From assembly GCA_022711765.1 (NCBI GenBank), contig JAKLEB010000002.1, forward strand, positions 689,726 through 753,725: a stretch of 64,000 nucleotides of DNA, read 5' to 3'. The stretch comes from Candidatus Krumholzibacteriota bacterium (GTDB lineage Bacteria; Krumholzibacteriota; Krumholzibacteriia; LZORAL124-64-63). The notes below the pieces were generated by a model. It had not been told where the DNA came from and made no database searches. It worked only from the letters and a program-made list of their open reading frames with translations. The position numbers and the translations under genes are program-made. Positions 42,644 through 53,026 of this stretch are shown one piece after another; positions within the stretch are counted from its first letter, which is position 1; each line of letters starts with the position of its first letter.

Positions 42644-44021
42644 ATGGCGACCGGAGATCAGCGAGAGGCCGGGTCCTCGCTACAAATCGATCGCGGACGC
42701 GATCGGCGACGATGTCAGCCTCGGCAAGCTCAGGCCCGGCGACCAGTTGCCGACCCAGCGCGACCTGGCCGAGTACCTCGATCTGACGCTTGGCACGGTG
42801 ACCCGCGCCTACAAGGAGGCCGAGCGCCGCGGACTGATCCAGGGCGAGGTCGGCCGGGGCACCTTCGTGTGCGCCGAGCGCGACCACCACGATCCGCTCC
42901 TCGAGCCGGGCCGCGAACCTGCCGGGATGATCGACCTCGGACTGAACCTCCCGCTGTATGCCGAGGACCCGGACCTCGCGGGCGCGTTGCGCGGGCTGAG
43001 CAAGCGGCGAGACCTGGCGGGCCTGCTCTCGTACCAGCCGTTCACCGGCAACGAGCGGTACCGCCGCGCCGGCGTGGAGTGGATCGGGCGGCACGGCCTT
43101 GCGGTTGAGCCCGAGCAGATCGTGATCACCGGCGGCGCCCAGCATGCGATCACGGTCGCCCTCAGCGCGCTGTGCCGCGCCGGGGATCTGGTCCTCACCG
43201 AGGCGCTCACCTATCCCGGCCTCAAGACCGCGGCCAAGCTGCTGGGCGTCGAGGTCGCGCCGGTCGCGATGGACGGCGAGGGGATCCTGCCGGCGGCGCT
43301 CGACCGCGCGGCGCAGGAGACCGGAGCGCGCGTGGTCTACTGCATGCCGACCCTGCACAACCCGACCACCGCAACGATGAGCCGGGCGCGGCGCGACGCG
43401 GTCGCCGAGGTCGTCGCGCGGCGGCAGCTGCAGGTCATCGAGGACGACGTCCACGGACTGCTCGCGGCCGAGCCGGAACCGCCGCTCGCGGGTCTCGTGC
43501 CCGAGCGCGCGCTGTACATCGCGAGCACGTCGAAGGTGCTGGCGGGCGGCCTCCGCGTGGCCTTCGTGGCGGCGCCGCCGGCGCTCGTCGAGCGGCTGGC
43601 GTTCGCGGTGGCGGCGTCGCTGTGGGCGCTGCCGGCGCTGAGCGTCGAGGTGGCGACGCTGTGGATCGCCGACGGCACGGCCGCAGCGGTGACCGGCCGC
43701 AAGCGCAGCGAAGCAGCGGCCCGGCAGGAGCTGGCGCGGCGAGTGCTGCCGGAAGCGCGATTCCGGCGCACCGAACGCTCGTACTTCCTGTGGCTCGAGC
43801 TGCCCGAGCCGTGGCGCAGCGACCGCTTCGCCCGCGCGGCGCGCGACCTCGGCGTCGTGGTTTCGCCGGCCGAGGCGTTCGCCGCGGGGCGGACGCCGCC
43901 GCCGCCCGCGGTGCGCGTGAGCCTGAGCTCGCCGGCCGGCCGCGGCGAGCTCGAACACGGGCTGCGCACCCTGGCCGGGATGCTGGAGCGGGGCCCGGCC
44001 CCCGAACCGGCCATCGTCTGA
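42636..44021 (+). CDS. MocR-family transcriptional regulator (GntR-type HTH fused to aminotransferase-like PLP domain); PdxR-like by context
   Basis: N-terminal [53 protein letters not shown] (GntR wHTH) plus fold-type-I aminotransferase domain with the SKVLAGGLR lysine region. Sits directly upstream of pdxS and pdxT. Confidence 0.75.
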   Translation: MTIWRPEISERPGPRYKSIADAIGDDVSLGKLRPGDQLPTQRDLAEYLDLTLGTVTRAYKEAERRGLIQGEVGRGTFVCAERDHHDPLLEPGREPAGMIDLGLNLPLYAEDPDLAGALRGLSKRRDLAGLLSYQPFTGNERYRRAGVEWIGRHGLAVEPEQIVITGGAQHAITVALSALCRAGDLVLTEALTYPGLKTAAKLLGVEVAPVAMDGEGILPAALDRAAQETGARVVYCMPTLHNPTTATMSRARRDAVAEVVARRQLQVIEDDVHGLLAAEPEPPLAGLVPERALYIASTSKVLAGGLRVAFVAAPPALVERLAFAVAASLWALPALSVEVATLWIADGTAAAVTGRKRSEAAARQELARRVLPEARFRRTERSYFLWLELPEPWRSDRFARAARDLGVVVSPAEAFAAGRTPPPPAVRVSLSSPAGRGELEHGLRTLAGMLERGPAPEPAIV

Positions 44022-44193
44022 CCCGGCAAGCCGGCCGGGCCGCGGTGGCCGTGAGCTTTCGCCGTCGCGAGGGAGGACTTATCTTGCCCCCTCGCGCGAA
44101 GCTGCGGGGCGCCCGGCCGGGTCGGGCGCTGCAGACCTGACGCAAGCGGGGGCGCGCCGCGCAGCGGCGGCGATCCCGAGGAGGCATGGAGCG

Positions 44194-45099
44194 ATGATGT
44201 TCCCCTGGGTCAGCACCGAGGCGCAGGAGCTGATGCGCCAGAAGATCGGCCTCGCCGACATGCTCAAGGGCGGCACGATCATGGACGTGACCAATGCCGA
44301 CCAGGCGAAGGTCGCCGAGGAGGCCGGCGCGGTCGCGGTGATGGCGCTCGAGCGCATTCCCGCCGACATCCGCGCCGACGGCGGCATCGCCCGCATGAGC
44401 CAGCCGCGCATGATCAAGGAGATCCAGGACCGGGTGTCGATCCCGGTCATGGCCAAGTGCCGGATCGGCCACTTCGCCGAGGCGCAGGTCCTCGAGGCCC
44501 TCGGCGTGGATTTCGTCGACGAATCGGAGGTCCTCACTCCCGCCGACGAGCACAACCACGTCTGGAAGTGGGACTTCAAGGTGCCGTTCGTCTGCGGCTG
44601 CCGGGATCTCGGCGAGGCCCTGCGCCGCATCGGCGAGGGCGCCGCGATGATCCGGACCAAGGGCGAGGCCGGTTCGGGCAACATCGTCGAGGCGGTGCGC
44701 CACATGCGGATGGTCCAGGAGGGGATCAGGCGCCTGACCGTGCTGCGCGACGACGAGCTGATGGCGGAGGCCAAGAACCTGGGCGCGCCGGTGTCGCTGC
44801 TCTTCGAAGTCAAGCGCCTGGGCAAGCTGCCGGTGCCGAACTTCGCGGCGGGCGGCGTCGCGACGCCGGCCGACGCAGCGCTGATGATGCAGCTCGGCGC
44901 CGAGACCGTGTTCGTCGGTTCCGGCATCTTCAAGAGCAACGACCCCAAGCCGCGCGCCGAGGCGATCGTGCAGGCGGTGACCTACCACGACGACCCGCGG
45001 AAGCTGCTCGAGATCTCGATGGAGCTGGGCGAGGCCATGGCGGGCATCGACGTCGCCGCGATCCCCGACGAGAAGAAGATGGCGAGCCGCGGCTGGTGA
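44194..45099 (+). CDS. pdxS: pyridoxal 5'-phosphate synthase lyase subunit
   Basis: GGVIMDV-like [35 protein letters not shown] motifs; GAGGAGG RBS. Confidence 0.9.
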   Translation: MMFPWVSTEAQELMRQKIGLADMLKGGTIMDVTNADQAKVAEEAGAVAVMALERIPADIRADGGIARMSQPRMIKEIQDRVSIPVMAKCRIGHFAEAQVLEALGVDFVDESEVLTPADEHNHVWKWDFKVPFVCGCRDLGEALRRIGEGAAMIRTKGEAGSGNIVEAVRHMRMVQEGIRRLTVLRDDELMAEAKNLGAPVSLLFEVKRLGKLPVPNFAAGGVATPADAALMMQLGAETVFVGSGIFKSNDPKPRAEAIVQAVTYHDDPRKLLEISMELGEAMAGIDVAAIPDEKKMASRGW

Positions 45100-45103
45100 C
45101 ACG

Positions 45104-45691
45104 ATGACGCTCCCGATCGGATTGCTGGCGCTGCAGGGCGATTTCGAACTGCATCGACGCGCGCTGGCCTCGCTGGGACGCGCGACCATGCCCGTGCGCC
45201 GGCCGGCGGAGCTCGCCGCGGTGAGCGGTCTCGTGATCCCGGGCGGCGAGTCGACGACCCTCTCGCGCCTCATCGATCGCGCCGGCCTGCGCGTTCCGCT
45301 CGCGGACTTCGCCGCCGGCGGCCGGCCGATCCTGGGCACCTGCGCCGGGCTCATCATGCTCTCGAGCGGACTCGACGGCGAGACCCGGCCCGACTGGCAC
45401 GGCGTGCAGCCGCTGGGCCTGCTCGACGTGCGCGTCCAGCGCAACGGTTTCGGGCGCCAGGTGGACAGCTTCACCGAGGATCTCGACCTCGACGGTCTCG
45501 CGGCGCCCGGCGCGCGCTTCGCGGCCGTTTACATCCGGGCGCCGCGGATCACGGCAGTCGGACCGACCGCCGCCGTGATCTGCCGCCGGCCGGGCGGCGA
45601 GGTCGTGGGAGTGCGTCAGGGGCGCGTGGTCGGACTCACCTTCCATCCCGAATTGACCGACGACGGGCGCTTTCACGCGCTGCTGACCTGA
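45104..45691 (+). CDS. pdxT: pyridoxal 5'-phosphate synthase glutaminase subunit
   Basis: IGLLALQGDFELH..., GTCAGLIML (catalytic Cys), FHPEL motifs. Confidence 0.9.
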   Translation: MTLPIGLLALQGDFELHRRALASLGRATMPVRRPAELAAVSGLVIPGGESTTLSRLIDRAGLRVPLADFAAGGRPILGTCAGLIMLSSGLDGETRPDWHGVQPLGLLDVRVQRNGFGRQVDSFTEDLDLDGLAAPGARFAAVYIRAPRITAVGPTAAVICRRPGGEVVGVRQGRVVGLTFHPELTDDGRFHALLT

Positions 45692-45788
45692 CCATCCACG
45701 GGGGGCCGGGAGCCGGCGCGCGTGCGGATGCCGGCAATTTGGCTATTCGTGTGCCTGAAAAATCCCAGTCTATAAAGAGGAGCTCGAG

Positions 45789-48146
45789 ATGCCCGTCGGC
45801 GCCCCACCGTCCAGCGGCCGCGAAGTCCGGGATCCGGTCTGCGGGATGACCACGACCGAGCCGTCCCGCTGGCTCGCGCAGGAGCACGCCGGCCGAATCC
45901 ACTATTTCTGCAGCGGCGGCTGCCGCGAGAGGTTCCTGCGCGACCCCGAGGCGTACGGGTCCGCGCCGGGGCACGATGCCGCCGGCCCCCGCGCGCCAGA
46001 GCCCGGACCCGCCGCTGCCGGGCGACTCTATACCTGTCCGATGCATCCCGAGGTGCGCCAGCTCGGGCCGGGGTCGTGCCCGAAGTGCGGGATGGCGCTC
46101 GAACCGGTCCTGGCCGAGTCCGACGACGAGGCCGCTGCGGACCCCGAGCTGCACGACTTCGCCCGGCGGTTGCGACTCGCCGCCGCGCTCACCCTGCCGC
46201 TGGTCCTGGTCGCCATGCGCCACATGCTCGGGCTCGGTTCGCTGGCGCACGCGTTGCCGGCGCGGGTGTGGCCCTGGCTCGAACTGCTCCTCGCGACGCC
46301 GGTCGTCGTGTGGGCCGGCTGGGTCCTGCACGCGCGGGCCTGGCGATCGCTGCGGCTCCGCAGCCCGAACATGTTCACGCTGATCGGGCTCGGGACCGGC
46401 GTGGCCTACGCGTACAGCGTGGCCGGCGTCGTCGCCCCCGGGGCGTTCCCCGCGTCGGCGCGCCTGGACGACGGCTCGGTCGGCCTGTACTTCGAGGCTG
46501 CCGCGGTGATCGTCACGCTGGTCCTCCTGGGCCAGGTGTTCGAGCTGCGCGCGCGCGGCCGCACGGGCGCCGCGATCCGGTCGCTATTGCAGCTCGCGCC
46601 GCGGACGGCGCGGCGGATCGGCGGGGACGGCACGGAGTCGGAGGTGGCGCTGTCCGCCATCCAGCCGGGCGATCGACTCCGCGTCCGTCCGGGCGAGAAG
46701 ATCCCGGTCGACGGGGTCGTCCTCGAGGGGAACAGCCGCGTCGACGAATCGATGCTCACGGGCGAACCGGCGCCGGTCGCGAAGTCGACGGCGGACCAGG
46801 TCACCGGCGGCACGGTGAACGGCTCCGGCTCCTTCGTGATGAGGGCGGACCGGGTCGGCGCCGACACCCTGCTCGCGCGGATCGTCCAGATGGTGGCGGA
46901 AGCGCAGCGCAGCCGGGCGCCGATCCAGCGGCTGGCCGACGCGGTGGCCGCGTGGTTCGTGCCGGCGGTGGTCGCGATCGCGGCCGCGGCGTTCGCGGCG
47001 TGGCTGATCTGGGGCCCGCAGCCGCGGCTCGCCCACGCGCTCGTCGCCGCGGTGTCCGTCCTGATCGTCGCCTGTCCGTGCGCGCTCGGCCTCGCGACGC
47101 CGATGTCGATCATGGTCGCCACCGGCCGCGGAGCCCTGGCGGGCGTGCTGTTCCGCAACGCCGAGGCGATCGAGAACCTCAGGCGCGTCGATACGATCGT
47201 CGTCGACAAGACCGGCACCCTCACCGAGGGCAAGCCGCGCCTGGCCGACGTGGTCGTCGCCGAAGGCTGGGACGCGGCCGAGGTGGTGAGCCTGGCGGCG
47301 GCGGTGGAGGTGGGGAGCGAGCACCCGCTCGCCGCCGCGGTCGTCGCCGGCGCGCGCGAGCGGAACGCCGGGCAGGCGGCGGCCGCCCGCGATTTCGCGT
47401 CGTACGCCGGCAAGGGAGTCACCGGCGAGGTCGGCGGGCGGACCGTCCTCGTGGGCACCGCGGACCTGCTCGCCGAGCACGGCGTCGACGGCGGCGCGCT
47501 CGCGTCGCGGGCCGAGGACCTGAGAGCCATGGCCAGCACGGTCGTCCACGTGGCCGTCGACGGCCGGCTCGCGGGTCTGCTCGCGATCGCCGACCCGATC
47601 AAGGCGAGCACGCCCGACGCGCTCGAGCGGCTGCGGGCCCTGGGACTGCGGATCGTGATGGTGACGGGCGACAGCGAGGCGACGGCGCGAGCGGTCGGGT
47701 CGAGGCTCGCGCTGTCGGACGTCGTCGCGGGGGTCCTGCCGGAGCAGAAGGCGGCGATGGTCGCGCGCCTACAGGGCGAGGGCCGCATCGTCGCGATGGC
47801 CGGCGACGGGATCAACGATGCGCCCGCGCTGGCGCGCGCCGACGTGGGGATCGCGATGGGAACGGGGACCGACGTGGCGATCCAGAGCGCTCCGGTGACG
47901 CTCGTGCGGGGAGACCTGCGAGCGATCGCGCGCGCGTACGCACTCAGCCGGGCGACCATGCGCAACATCCGCGAGAACCTCTTCTTCGCGTTCGTCTACA
48001 ACGCGCTCGGCGTACCCGTGGCGGCTGGGGTCCTGTACCCGGCCTTCGGGATCCTGCTGTCGCCGATGATCGCGGCGGCAGCCATGAGTTTCAGCTCCGT
48101 TTCGGTCGTCGCCAACGCCCTGCGGCTGCGCCGCGTCCGGCTGTGA
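45789..48146 (+). CDS. copA: copper-translocating P1B-type ATPase with N-terminal YHS/TRASH-type metal-binding domains
   Basis: DPVCGM...YFCSGGC (YHS), YTCPMHPEV...CPKCGM, CPC transmembrane motif ([12 protein letters not shown]), DKTGTLT phosphorylation site, [10 protein letters not shown]. Confidence 0.85.
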   Translation: MPVGAPPSSGREVRDPVCGMTTTEPSRWLAQEHAGRIHYFCSGGCRERFLRDPEAYGSAPGHDAAGPRAPEPGPAAAGRLYTCPMHPEVRQLGPGSCPKCGMALEPVLAESDDEAAADPELHDFARRLRLAAALTLPLVLVAMRHMLGLGSLAHALPARVWPWLELLLATPVVVWAGWVLHARAWRSLRLRSPNMFTLIGLGTGVAYAYSVAGVVAPGAFPASARLDDGSVGLYFEAAAVIVTLVLLGQVFELRARGRTGAAIRSLLQLAPRTARRIGGDGTESEVALSAIQPGDRLRVRPGEKIPVDGVVLEGNSRVDESMLTGEPAPVAKSTADQVTGGTVNGSGSFVMRADRVGADTLLARIVQMVAEAQRSRAPIQRLADAVAAWFVPAVVAIAAAAFAAWLIWGPQPRLAHALVAAVSVLIVACPCALGLATPMSIMVATGRGALAGVLFRNAEAIENLRRVDTIVVDKTGTLTEGKPRLADVVVAEGWDAAEVVSLAAAVEVGSEHPLAAAVVAGARERNAGQAAAARDFASYAGKGVTGEVGGRTVLVGTADLLAEHGVDGGALASRAEDLRAMASTVVHVAVDGRLAGLLAIADPIKASTPDALERLRALGLRIVMVTGDSEATARAVGSRLALSDVVAGVLPEQKAAMVARLQGEGRIVAMAGDGINDAPALARADVGIAMGTGTDVAIQSAPVTLVRGDLRAIARAYALSRATMRNIRENLFFAFVYNALGVPVAAGVLYPAFGILLSPMIAAAAMSFSSVSVVANALRLRRVRL

Positions 48147-48202
48147 GCCCGGGGACCCGGCCGGGTCTCGCCGACTCCCCGCCCGGGAACGATGGCCGTC
48201 GC

Positions 48203-49285
48203 TTGCCGAGCGGCCTCTCGGTCATCCGATCTCGCGCCGAGTTCGCCCGCCTGCGGCGGGCCTGGAACGAGTGCCTCGCCACGATGCCGGGCGCGCATCT
48301 CTTCCTCACGCACGAGTGGCTCGCGGCGTGGCTCGAGCATCAGGGCCGCGGGGCCGAGTTGTTCGTGCCGGTCGTCGCGGACGGCGGCGCGATCCTGGCG
48401 GCCGCCCCGCTGGTCCGGCGGCGCGGCCGGTACTACGGGCTGCCGGTCGAGGAGATCGTCCTGATCGGCAACCACACCAGCGATCGCGTCCAGTTCCTCG
48501 TCCAGCCCGACCACGAGGATCTCTGCGAGACGCTCTGGCGGGCCATCCTGGCCGAGTGCGGACAGTGGCGGATCGTCCGCCTGGAGCAGGTCCCGGCCAC
48601 GGCGCCCACGGTGACGCGCCGCCCCGTGCGCGGTTGCCGCGTGGGCTGCGAGCCGACCTCGTCGCTGCCCTTCATCGACATCGCCGGCAGCTGGGAGGAC
48701 TTCGAGAAGTCGCTGGCGCCGAAATTCCGGTCCAAGCTCCGCAACAAGGAGAAGACGTTCGCCCACTGGGGGGACTGGACGCTGCGCGTCGTCCGCGGCT
48801 GTGAGACGATCGACCACCTGGATCAGCTCGTCGCCGTCGAGCTGGACAGCGCGAAGGCGGCGGGCGGTTATGCGTTCTTCGCCTCGGCGACCAACGTCGA
48901 GTTCGCGCGCGCCCTCCTGCGCTCCAGCCCGCCGCTCGATCCTCTCCTGTGCGAGCTGGTCATCGGGGACGAGGTCGTCGCCTATACCCTCGGGTTCATC
49001 CACGGCGGGGTCTACTTCGGCTACAACATGGCCTACCGCCGTGGCTACGAGGCGGGCAACTGCGGCAAGTGGCTGATCCACCAGACTTTCAAGTACGCGT
49101 TCGAGCATGGGTTGCGCGGCCTGGACCTGTTGCGCGGCGCCAGCGACGTCAAGCGCAACTGGCGCCCGCGCCTCGAACAGAACTGCCGCCTCGTGGTCTT
49201 TCCCCGCAATCCGCTGTTCCTGCCGCACAAGCTCGCGGTCTTCCACGTCCGGCCGGCCCTCAAGTCCCTCGTGAAAGGGAGGTAG
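48203..49285 (+). CDS. GNAT-fold acetyltransferase, FemAB/BioF2-like/CelD-like family
   Basis: N-terminus ...EFARLRRAWNECLATMPGAHLFLTHEWLAAWLEH and C-terminus GYEAGNCGKWLIHQTFKYAFEHGLRGLDLLRGASDVKRNW match the Acetyltransf_6/CelD-like family. Start codon (TTG 48203) uncertain. Confidence 0.6.
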   Translation: MPSGLSVIRSRAEFARLRRAWNECLATMPGAHLFLTHEWLAAWLEHQGRGAELFVPVVADGGAILAAAPLVRRRGRYYGLPVEEIVLIGNHTSDRVQFLVQPDHEDLCETLWRAILAECGQWRIVRLEQVPATAPTVTRRPVRGCRVGCEPTSSLPFIDIAGSWEDFEKSLAPKFRSKLRNKEKTFAHWGDWTLRVVRGCETIDHLDQLVAVELDSAKAAGGYAFFASATNVEFARALLRSSPPLDPLLCELVIGDEVVAYTLGFIHGGVYFGYNMAYRRGYEAGNCGKWLIHQTFKYAFEHGLRGLDLLRGASDVKRNWRPRLEQNCRLVVFPRNPLFLPHKLAVFHVRPALKSLVKGR

Positions 49286-49402
49286 TCCCGCGGCGCCGCG
49301 CCGGGTCGAACTACGCCTTGCGCTCGTGGACTTCGGCGGACATTATGTCGTGGCTGTCCATCGTCGAGACCGGGTGTCTCCGGGTGGGAATCGAGGCGAC
49401 AG

Positions 49403-50113
49403 ATGCAGATCGGCGTCCGTGAGGCTGCCCGCCTCCTGACCGTTTCCGAGAAGACGATCTACCGGTGGATCAAGGACGGCCGGCTGCCCGCCTACCTGAT
49501 CAACGAGCAGTACCGCTTCAACAAGGCGGAGCTGCTCGAATGGGCCACGGGCCGCAAGATCAACGTGTCGCCCCAGATCTTCGAGGAGCCGCCGGACGCC
49601 GACCGCGTGACGCTCCCCGCGGTCAGCGAGGCGCTCGAGGCCGGTGGCATCCACTATCGCGTCGCCGGCAAGGACACGTCCGCGGTGCTGATGGCGATCG
49701 TGGAATTGATGCGGCTGCCCGACGAGGTCGACCGGACCTTTCTGCACCAGGTCCTGCTCGCCCGGGAGTCGCTCGGCTCGACCGGCGTGGGCGACGGCAT
49801 CGCGATCCCGCACGTTCGCAATCCGATCGTCCTGCACGTCCCGCGGCCGACGGTGACGCTCTGTTTCCTGGAGCGGCCGATCGATTTCGGCGCGATCGAC
49901 GGCAAGCCGGTCAGCACGCTGTTCACGATCGTGAGCCCGGCGGTCCGGGCGCACCTGCATATCCTCTCGCGCCTCGTCTTCATCCTGCGCGACCTGACGC
50001 TGCGCGACCAGCTCGCCCGTCAGGCCTCCCGCGACGAGATCCTGGCCACGGTGCGCCGGGCCGAGGCGAGGGCGGTCACGGAGCCGCCGGCGGCGCCGCG
50101 GGAGGCGCCGTGA
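49403..50113 (+). CDS. putative regulator: N-terminal HTH_17 (excisionase/MerR-type) DNA-binding domain fused to PTS EIIA(Ntr)-type (PTS_EIIA_2) domain
   Basis: LTVSEKTIYRWIKDGRLPAYLINEQYRFNKAELLEWA (HTH), then EIIA-2 fold with active-site His in GDGIAIPHVRNP. Stop overlaps the GTG start of the next gene (GTGA). Confidence 0.75.
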   Translation: MQIGVREAARLLTVSEKTIYRWIKDGRLPAYLINEQYRFNKAELLEWATGRKINVSPQIFEEPPDADRVTLPAVSEALEAGGIHYRVAGKDTSAVLMAIVELMRLPDEVDRTFLHQVLLARESLGSTGVGDGIAIPHVRNPIVLHVPRPTVTLCFLERPIDFGAIDGKPVSTLFTIVSPAVRAHLHILSRLVFILRDLTLRDQLARQASRDEILATVRRAEARAVTEPPAAPREAP

Positions 50114-52083
50114 TCCTGCTGATCGCGTCGCTCGCCCTGCTGCTCGGCGGCGGCGCCGCGGCGCTGGCCGCGTCACGCCGGGATCGGCTGAGGAACGGGA
50201 TCGTGCTCGGCAGCCTGGTCGGCGCCTCGCTCGCGTCGCTGCCCGTGGCCATCGTGACGATCGCGCGCGGCGAATCGCTGGCGCTGCAGTGGCCGTGGAG
50301 CGTACCGCTGGGGTCGTTCGCCCTGGGCCTGGATCCGCTGTCCGCCTTCTTCCTCCTGCCGATCCTGGTGCTGGCACCGCTCGCGGGGATCTACGGCGTC
50401 GGTTACCTGCGCGCGTGGCAGGGCCGCAAGAATCTGGGCGCCTCGTGGTTCTTCTTCAACGTCCTGGTCGCCTGCATGATGCTGGTGGTCGTGGCGCGCA
50501 ACGCCGTGCTCTTCCTGGTCGCCTGGGAGGCCATGGCGCTCGCGTCGTACGCGCTGGTGGTGTTCGAGGACGAGCGAGGCGACGTGCGCGGCGCCGGCCG
50601 CACCTATCTCGTCGCGACGCACCTCGGGACGGGCGCCCTCTTCGTGCTCTTCGTCCTGCTGGGCCAGCCCGCGGGCTCGCTCGACTTCGCCGACCTGGGC
50701 GCCGGCGCGGGATCGCTGTCGCTCCTCTTCGCGCTGGCCGTGATTGGTTTCGGCACCAAGGCCGGGTTCATGCCGCTGCACGTCTGGTTGCCGGAGGCCC
50801 ACCCCGCGTCGCCGAGCCACGTCTCGGCGCTGATGTCCGGCGTGATGATCAAGACCGGCATCTACGGGCTGCTGCGCATCCTCATGGTCCTCGGGGCGCC
50901 GCCGCCGGCCTGGGGCTGGACGATGGTCGCGATCGGCGCGACCTCCGGCGTGCTCGGCGTGCTCTTCGCGCTGGCCCAGCACGACGTCAAGCGGCTGCTC
51001 GCCTATCACAGCGTCGAGAACATCGGCATCATCGCGCTCGGGCTCGGCGTGGGCCTGCTGGGCCGAAGCTACGACCAGCCGGCGATGGCGTACCTCGGGT
51101 TCGCCGGGGCGCTGCTCCACGTCGCGAACCACGCGCTGTTCAAGGGGCTGCTCTTCCTGGGCGCCGGCGCCGTCGCGCACGCCACGCACACGCGCGAGAT
51201 CGATCACCTGGGCGGCCTGCTGAAGCGGATGCCCTGGACCGGAACGACCTTCCTGGCCGGCTCCGCGGCGATCAGCGGGCTGCCGCCGTTCAACGGTTTC
51301 GTGAGCGAGTTCCTCATCTTCCTGGGCGCGCTGACCGGCGCCGTCACGCTCGGCGGCGCCGGCGCCGCGGTCGGGGCGGTCACGACGGGCGCGCTCGGCC
51401 TGATCGGCGGCCTGGCGGCCGCGTGCTTCGCGAAGGCCTTCGGCATCATGTTCCTCGGCGAGCCGCGCAGCCGTCACGCGGCGGATGCGACCGAGGTGGG
51501 CCGGTCGCTGCGCGTGCCGCTCGTCGTGCTGGCCGCGGCGTGCCTCGCGATCGGCCTCGGCGCTCCGTTCGTGGTCGCCGGCCTGGACAGCGTCGTCGTC
51601 GCGGCCGCCGGGTTGCCGCCGCACGACCCGGCCGGCCGAGCGCTGGCGGGACCGCCGCTGCGCATGGTCGCGCTCGGCAGCGCCGTCCTCCTCGCGCTGG
51701 TCGGCGCGCTCGTCCTGGCTCGCCGGGGTCTGCTGGCGAGACGGACCATCACGACCGCCCTGACCTGGGATTGCGGTTACGCGGCGCCCGATCGGCGGAT
51801 GCAGTACACCGCCGCCGGCTTCGCCCAGCCGCTGACCAGCCTGTTCCGGTTCGCCCTTCGGACGCGGCGCGAGGGCGAGCCCGTGCGGGGTCTGTTCCCG
51901 GCGCGAGCGTCGCTCGCGACCTCGACCCCGGATCCGATGCACCGCGAGATCTACGAGCCGGTCTTCGCGGCGGTCGGCCGGCTGTTCGCGAAACGGCGGT
52001 GGGTGCAGGGCGGTCAGACGCAGCTCTACGTCCTGTACATCGTCCTGACGCTCCTGGTGCTCCTCGTCTGGGAGCTCTCGTGA
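50110..52083 (+). CDS. HyfB/HycC/NuoL-like proton-conducting antiporter-type membrane subunit
   Basis: 657 aa polytopic; PF00361-type core (WLPEAHPASPSHVSALMSGVMIKTGIYGLLR...). Translationally coupled at both ends. Confidence 0.8.
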   Translation: MILLIASLALLLGGGAAALAASRRDRLRNGIVLGSLVGASLASLPVAIVTIARGESLALQWPWSVPLGSFALGLDPLSAFFLLPILVLAPLAGIYGVGYLRAWQGRKNLGASWFFFNVLVACMMLVVVARNAVLFLVAWEAMALASYALVVFEDERGDVRGAGRTYLVATHLGTGALFVLFVLLGQPAGSLDFADLGAGAGSLSLLFALAVIGFGTKAGFMPLHVWLPEAHPASPSHVSALMSGVMIKTGIYGLLRILMVLGAPPPAWGWTMVAIGATSGVLGVLFALAQHDVKRLLAYHSVENIGIIALGLGVGLLGRSYDQPAMAYLGFAGALLHVANHALFKGLLFLGAGAVAHATHTREIDHLGGLLKRMPWTGTTFLAGSAAISGLPPFNGFVSEFLIFLGALTGAVTLGGAGAAVGAVTTGALGLIGGLAAACFAKAFGIMFLGEPRSRHAADATEVGRSLRVPLVVLAAACLAIGLGAPFVVAGLDSVVVAAAGLPPHDPAGRALAGPPLRMVALGSAVLLALVGALVLARRGLLARRTITTALTWDCGYAAPDRRMQYTAAGFAQPLTSLFRFALRTRREGEPVRGLFPARASLATSTPDPMHREIYEPVFAAVGRLFAKRRWVQGGQTQLYVLYIVLTLLVLLVWELS

Positions 52084-52085
52084 TC

Positions 52086-53000
52086 ATGGCCATCGCCGCC
52101 GTCATCCACCTGCTGGTCGCGCTGCTCCTGGCGCCGCTGCTGCTCGGCGTCATCAACCGGACCAAGGCCGTCTTCGCCGGACGGCGAGGGCAGCCGCTGC
52201 TGCAGCTCTACGCCGACCTCGCCAAGCTCCTGCGCAAGGGAGCCGTCTACAGCGGCACGACGACCTGGGTGTTCCGGGCGGGACCGCTCGTGACCCTGGC
52301 GGCGGTCACCGTGTCCCTGCTCGTCGTGCCGTTCGCCGGCGTGCGCGCCGTGGGGGCCTTCCCGGGCGACTTCGTGCTCTTTGCCTACCTGCTCGCCGTC
52401 GCCCGCTTCTTCACCGTGATCGCCGCGCTCGACACCGGTTCGAGTTTCGAGGGGATGGGCGCGAGCCGCGAGGTCGCCTTCTCCGCGCTGGCCGAGCCCG
52501 CCCTCCTCGTCGGGCTCGCGGCCCTGGCCAGGCGCGCCGGCGGCGCGTCTCTGTCGGACTGCTACGAGGCGGTGCGGCTCTTCGACTTCGGACCGAACGG
52601 CGGCTTGCCGCTGCTCTTGATCGGCGCAGCCTTCTTCGTCGTCTTCCTGGCGGAGAACGCGCGGATCCCGTTCGACGATCCGAACACGCACCTCGAATTG
52701 ACGATGATCCACGAGGTGATGGTCCTGGACCACGGCGGGCCGGACCTCGCGTTCGTGCAGTACGCGGCGGCGCTGAAGCTGTGGGTGCTCGGCGCCCTGG
52801 TGGTGGGAATCCTGCTGCCGCTGCGCACCGGCTTCGTCGCCCTCGACTTCGGGTTCGGCCTGGCCGCCATGGCGGTGCTGGCCGTGGCGACGGGTTGTGT
52901 CGAATCGACGAAGGCCAGGGTGCGCCTGACGGGGGTGCCCCAGTTGCTGGTGGCCGCGACGGTCCTGGCCGGAGTCGGCTTCGGGCTGACGCTGCGGTAG
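52086..53000 (+). CDS. HyfC/HycD/NuoH-like membrane subunit
   Basis: MAIAAVIHLLVALLLAPLLLGVINRTKAVFAGRRGQPLLQLYADLAKLL closely parallels the HycD/NuoH N-terminus; 304 aa. Confidence 0.8.
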   Translation: MAIAAVIHLLVALLLAPLLLGVINRTKAVFAGRRGQPLLQLYADLAKLLRKGAVYSGTTTWVFRAGPLVTLAAVTVSLLVVPFAGVRAVGAFPGDFVLFAYLLAVARFFTVIAALDTGSSFEGMGASREVAFSALAEPALLVGLAALARRAGGASLSDCYEAVRLFDFGPNGGLPLLLIGAAFFVVFLAENARIPFDDPNTHLELTMIHEVMVLDHGGPDLAFVQYAAALKLWVLGALVVGILLPLRTGFVALDFGFGLAAMAVLAVATGCVESTKARVRLTGVPQLLVAATVLAGVGFGLTLR

Positions 53001-53026
53001 GAGGAGCGCGTGGTATCCGGGAGGCG

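Noticed and set aside
43435-45474. 679-aa minus-strand ORF
   Set aside because: Antisense to mocR/pdxS/pdxT; low-complexity Arg/Pro/Ala translation.
46076-49285. 1069-aa plus-strand ORF
   Set aside because: Only its last about 360 codons (from TTG 48203) look like a real protein (FemAB-like GNAT). The upstream part is an alternate frame of copA.
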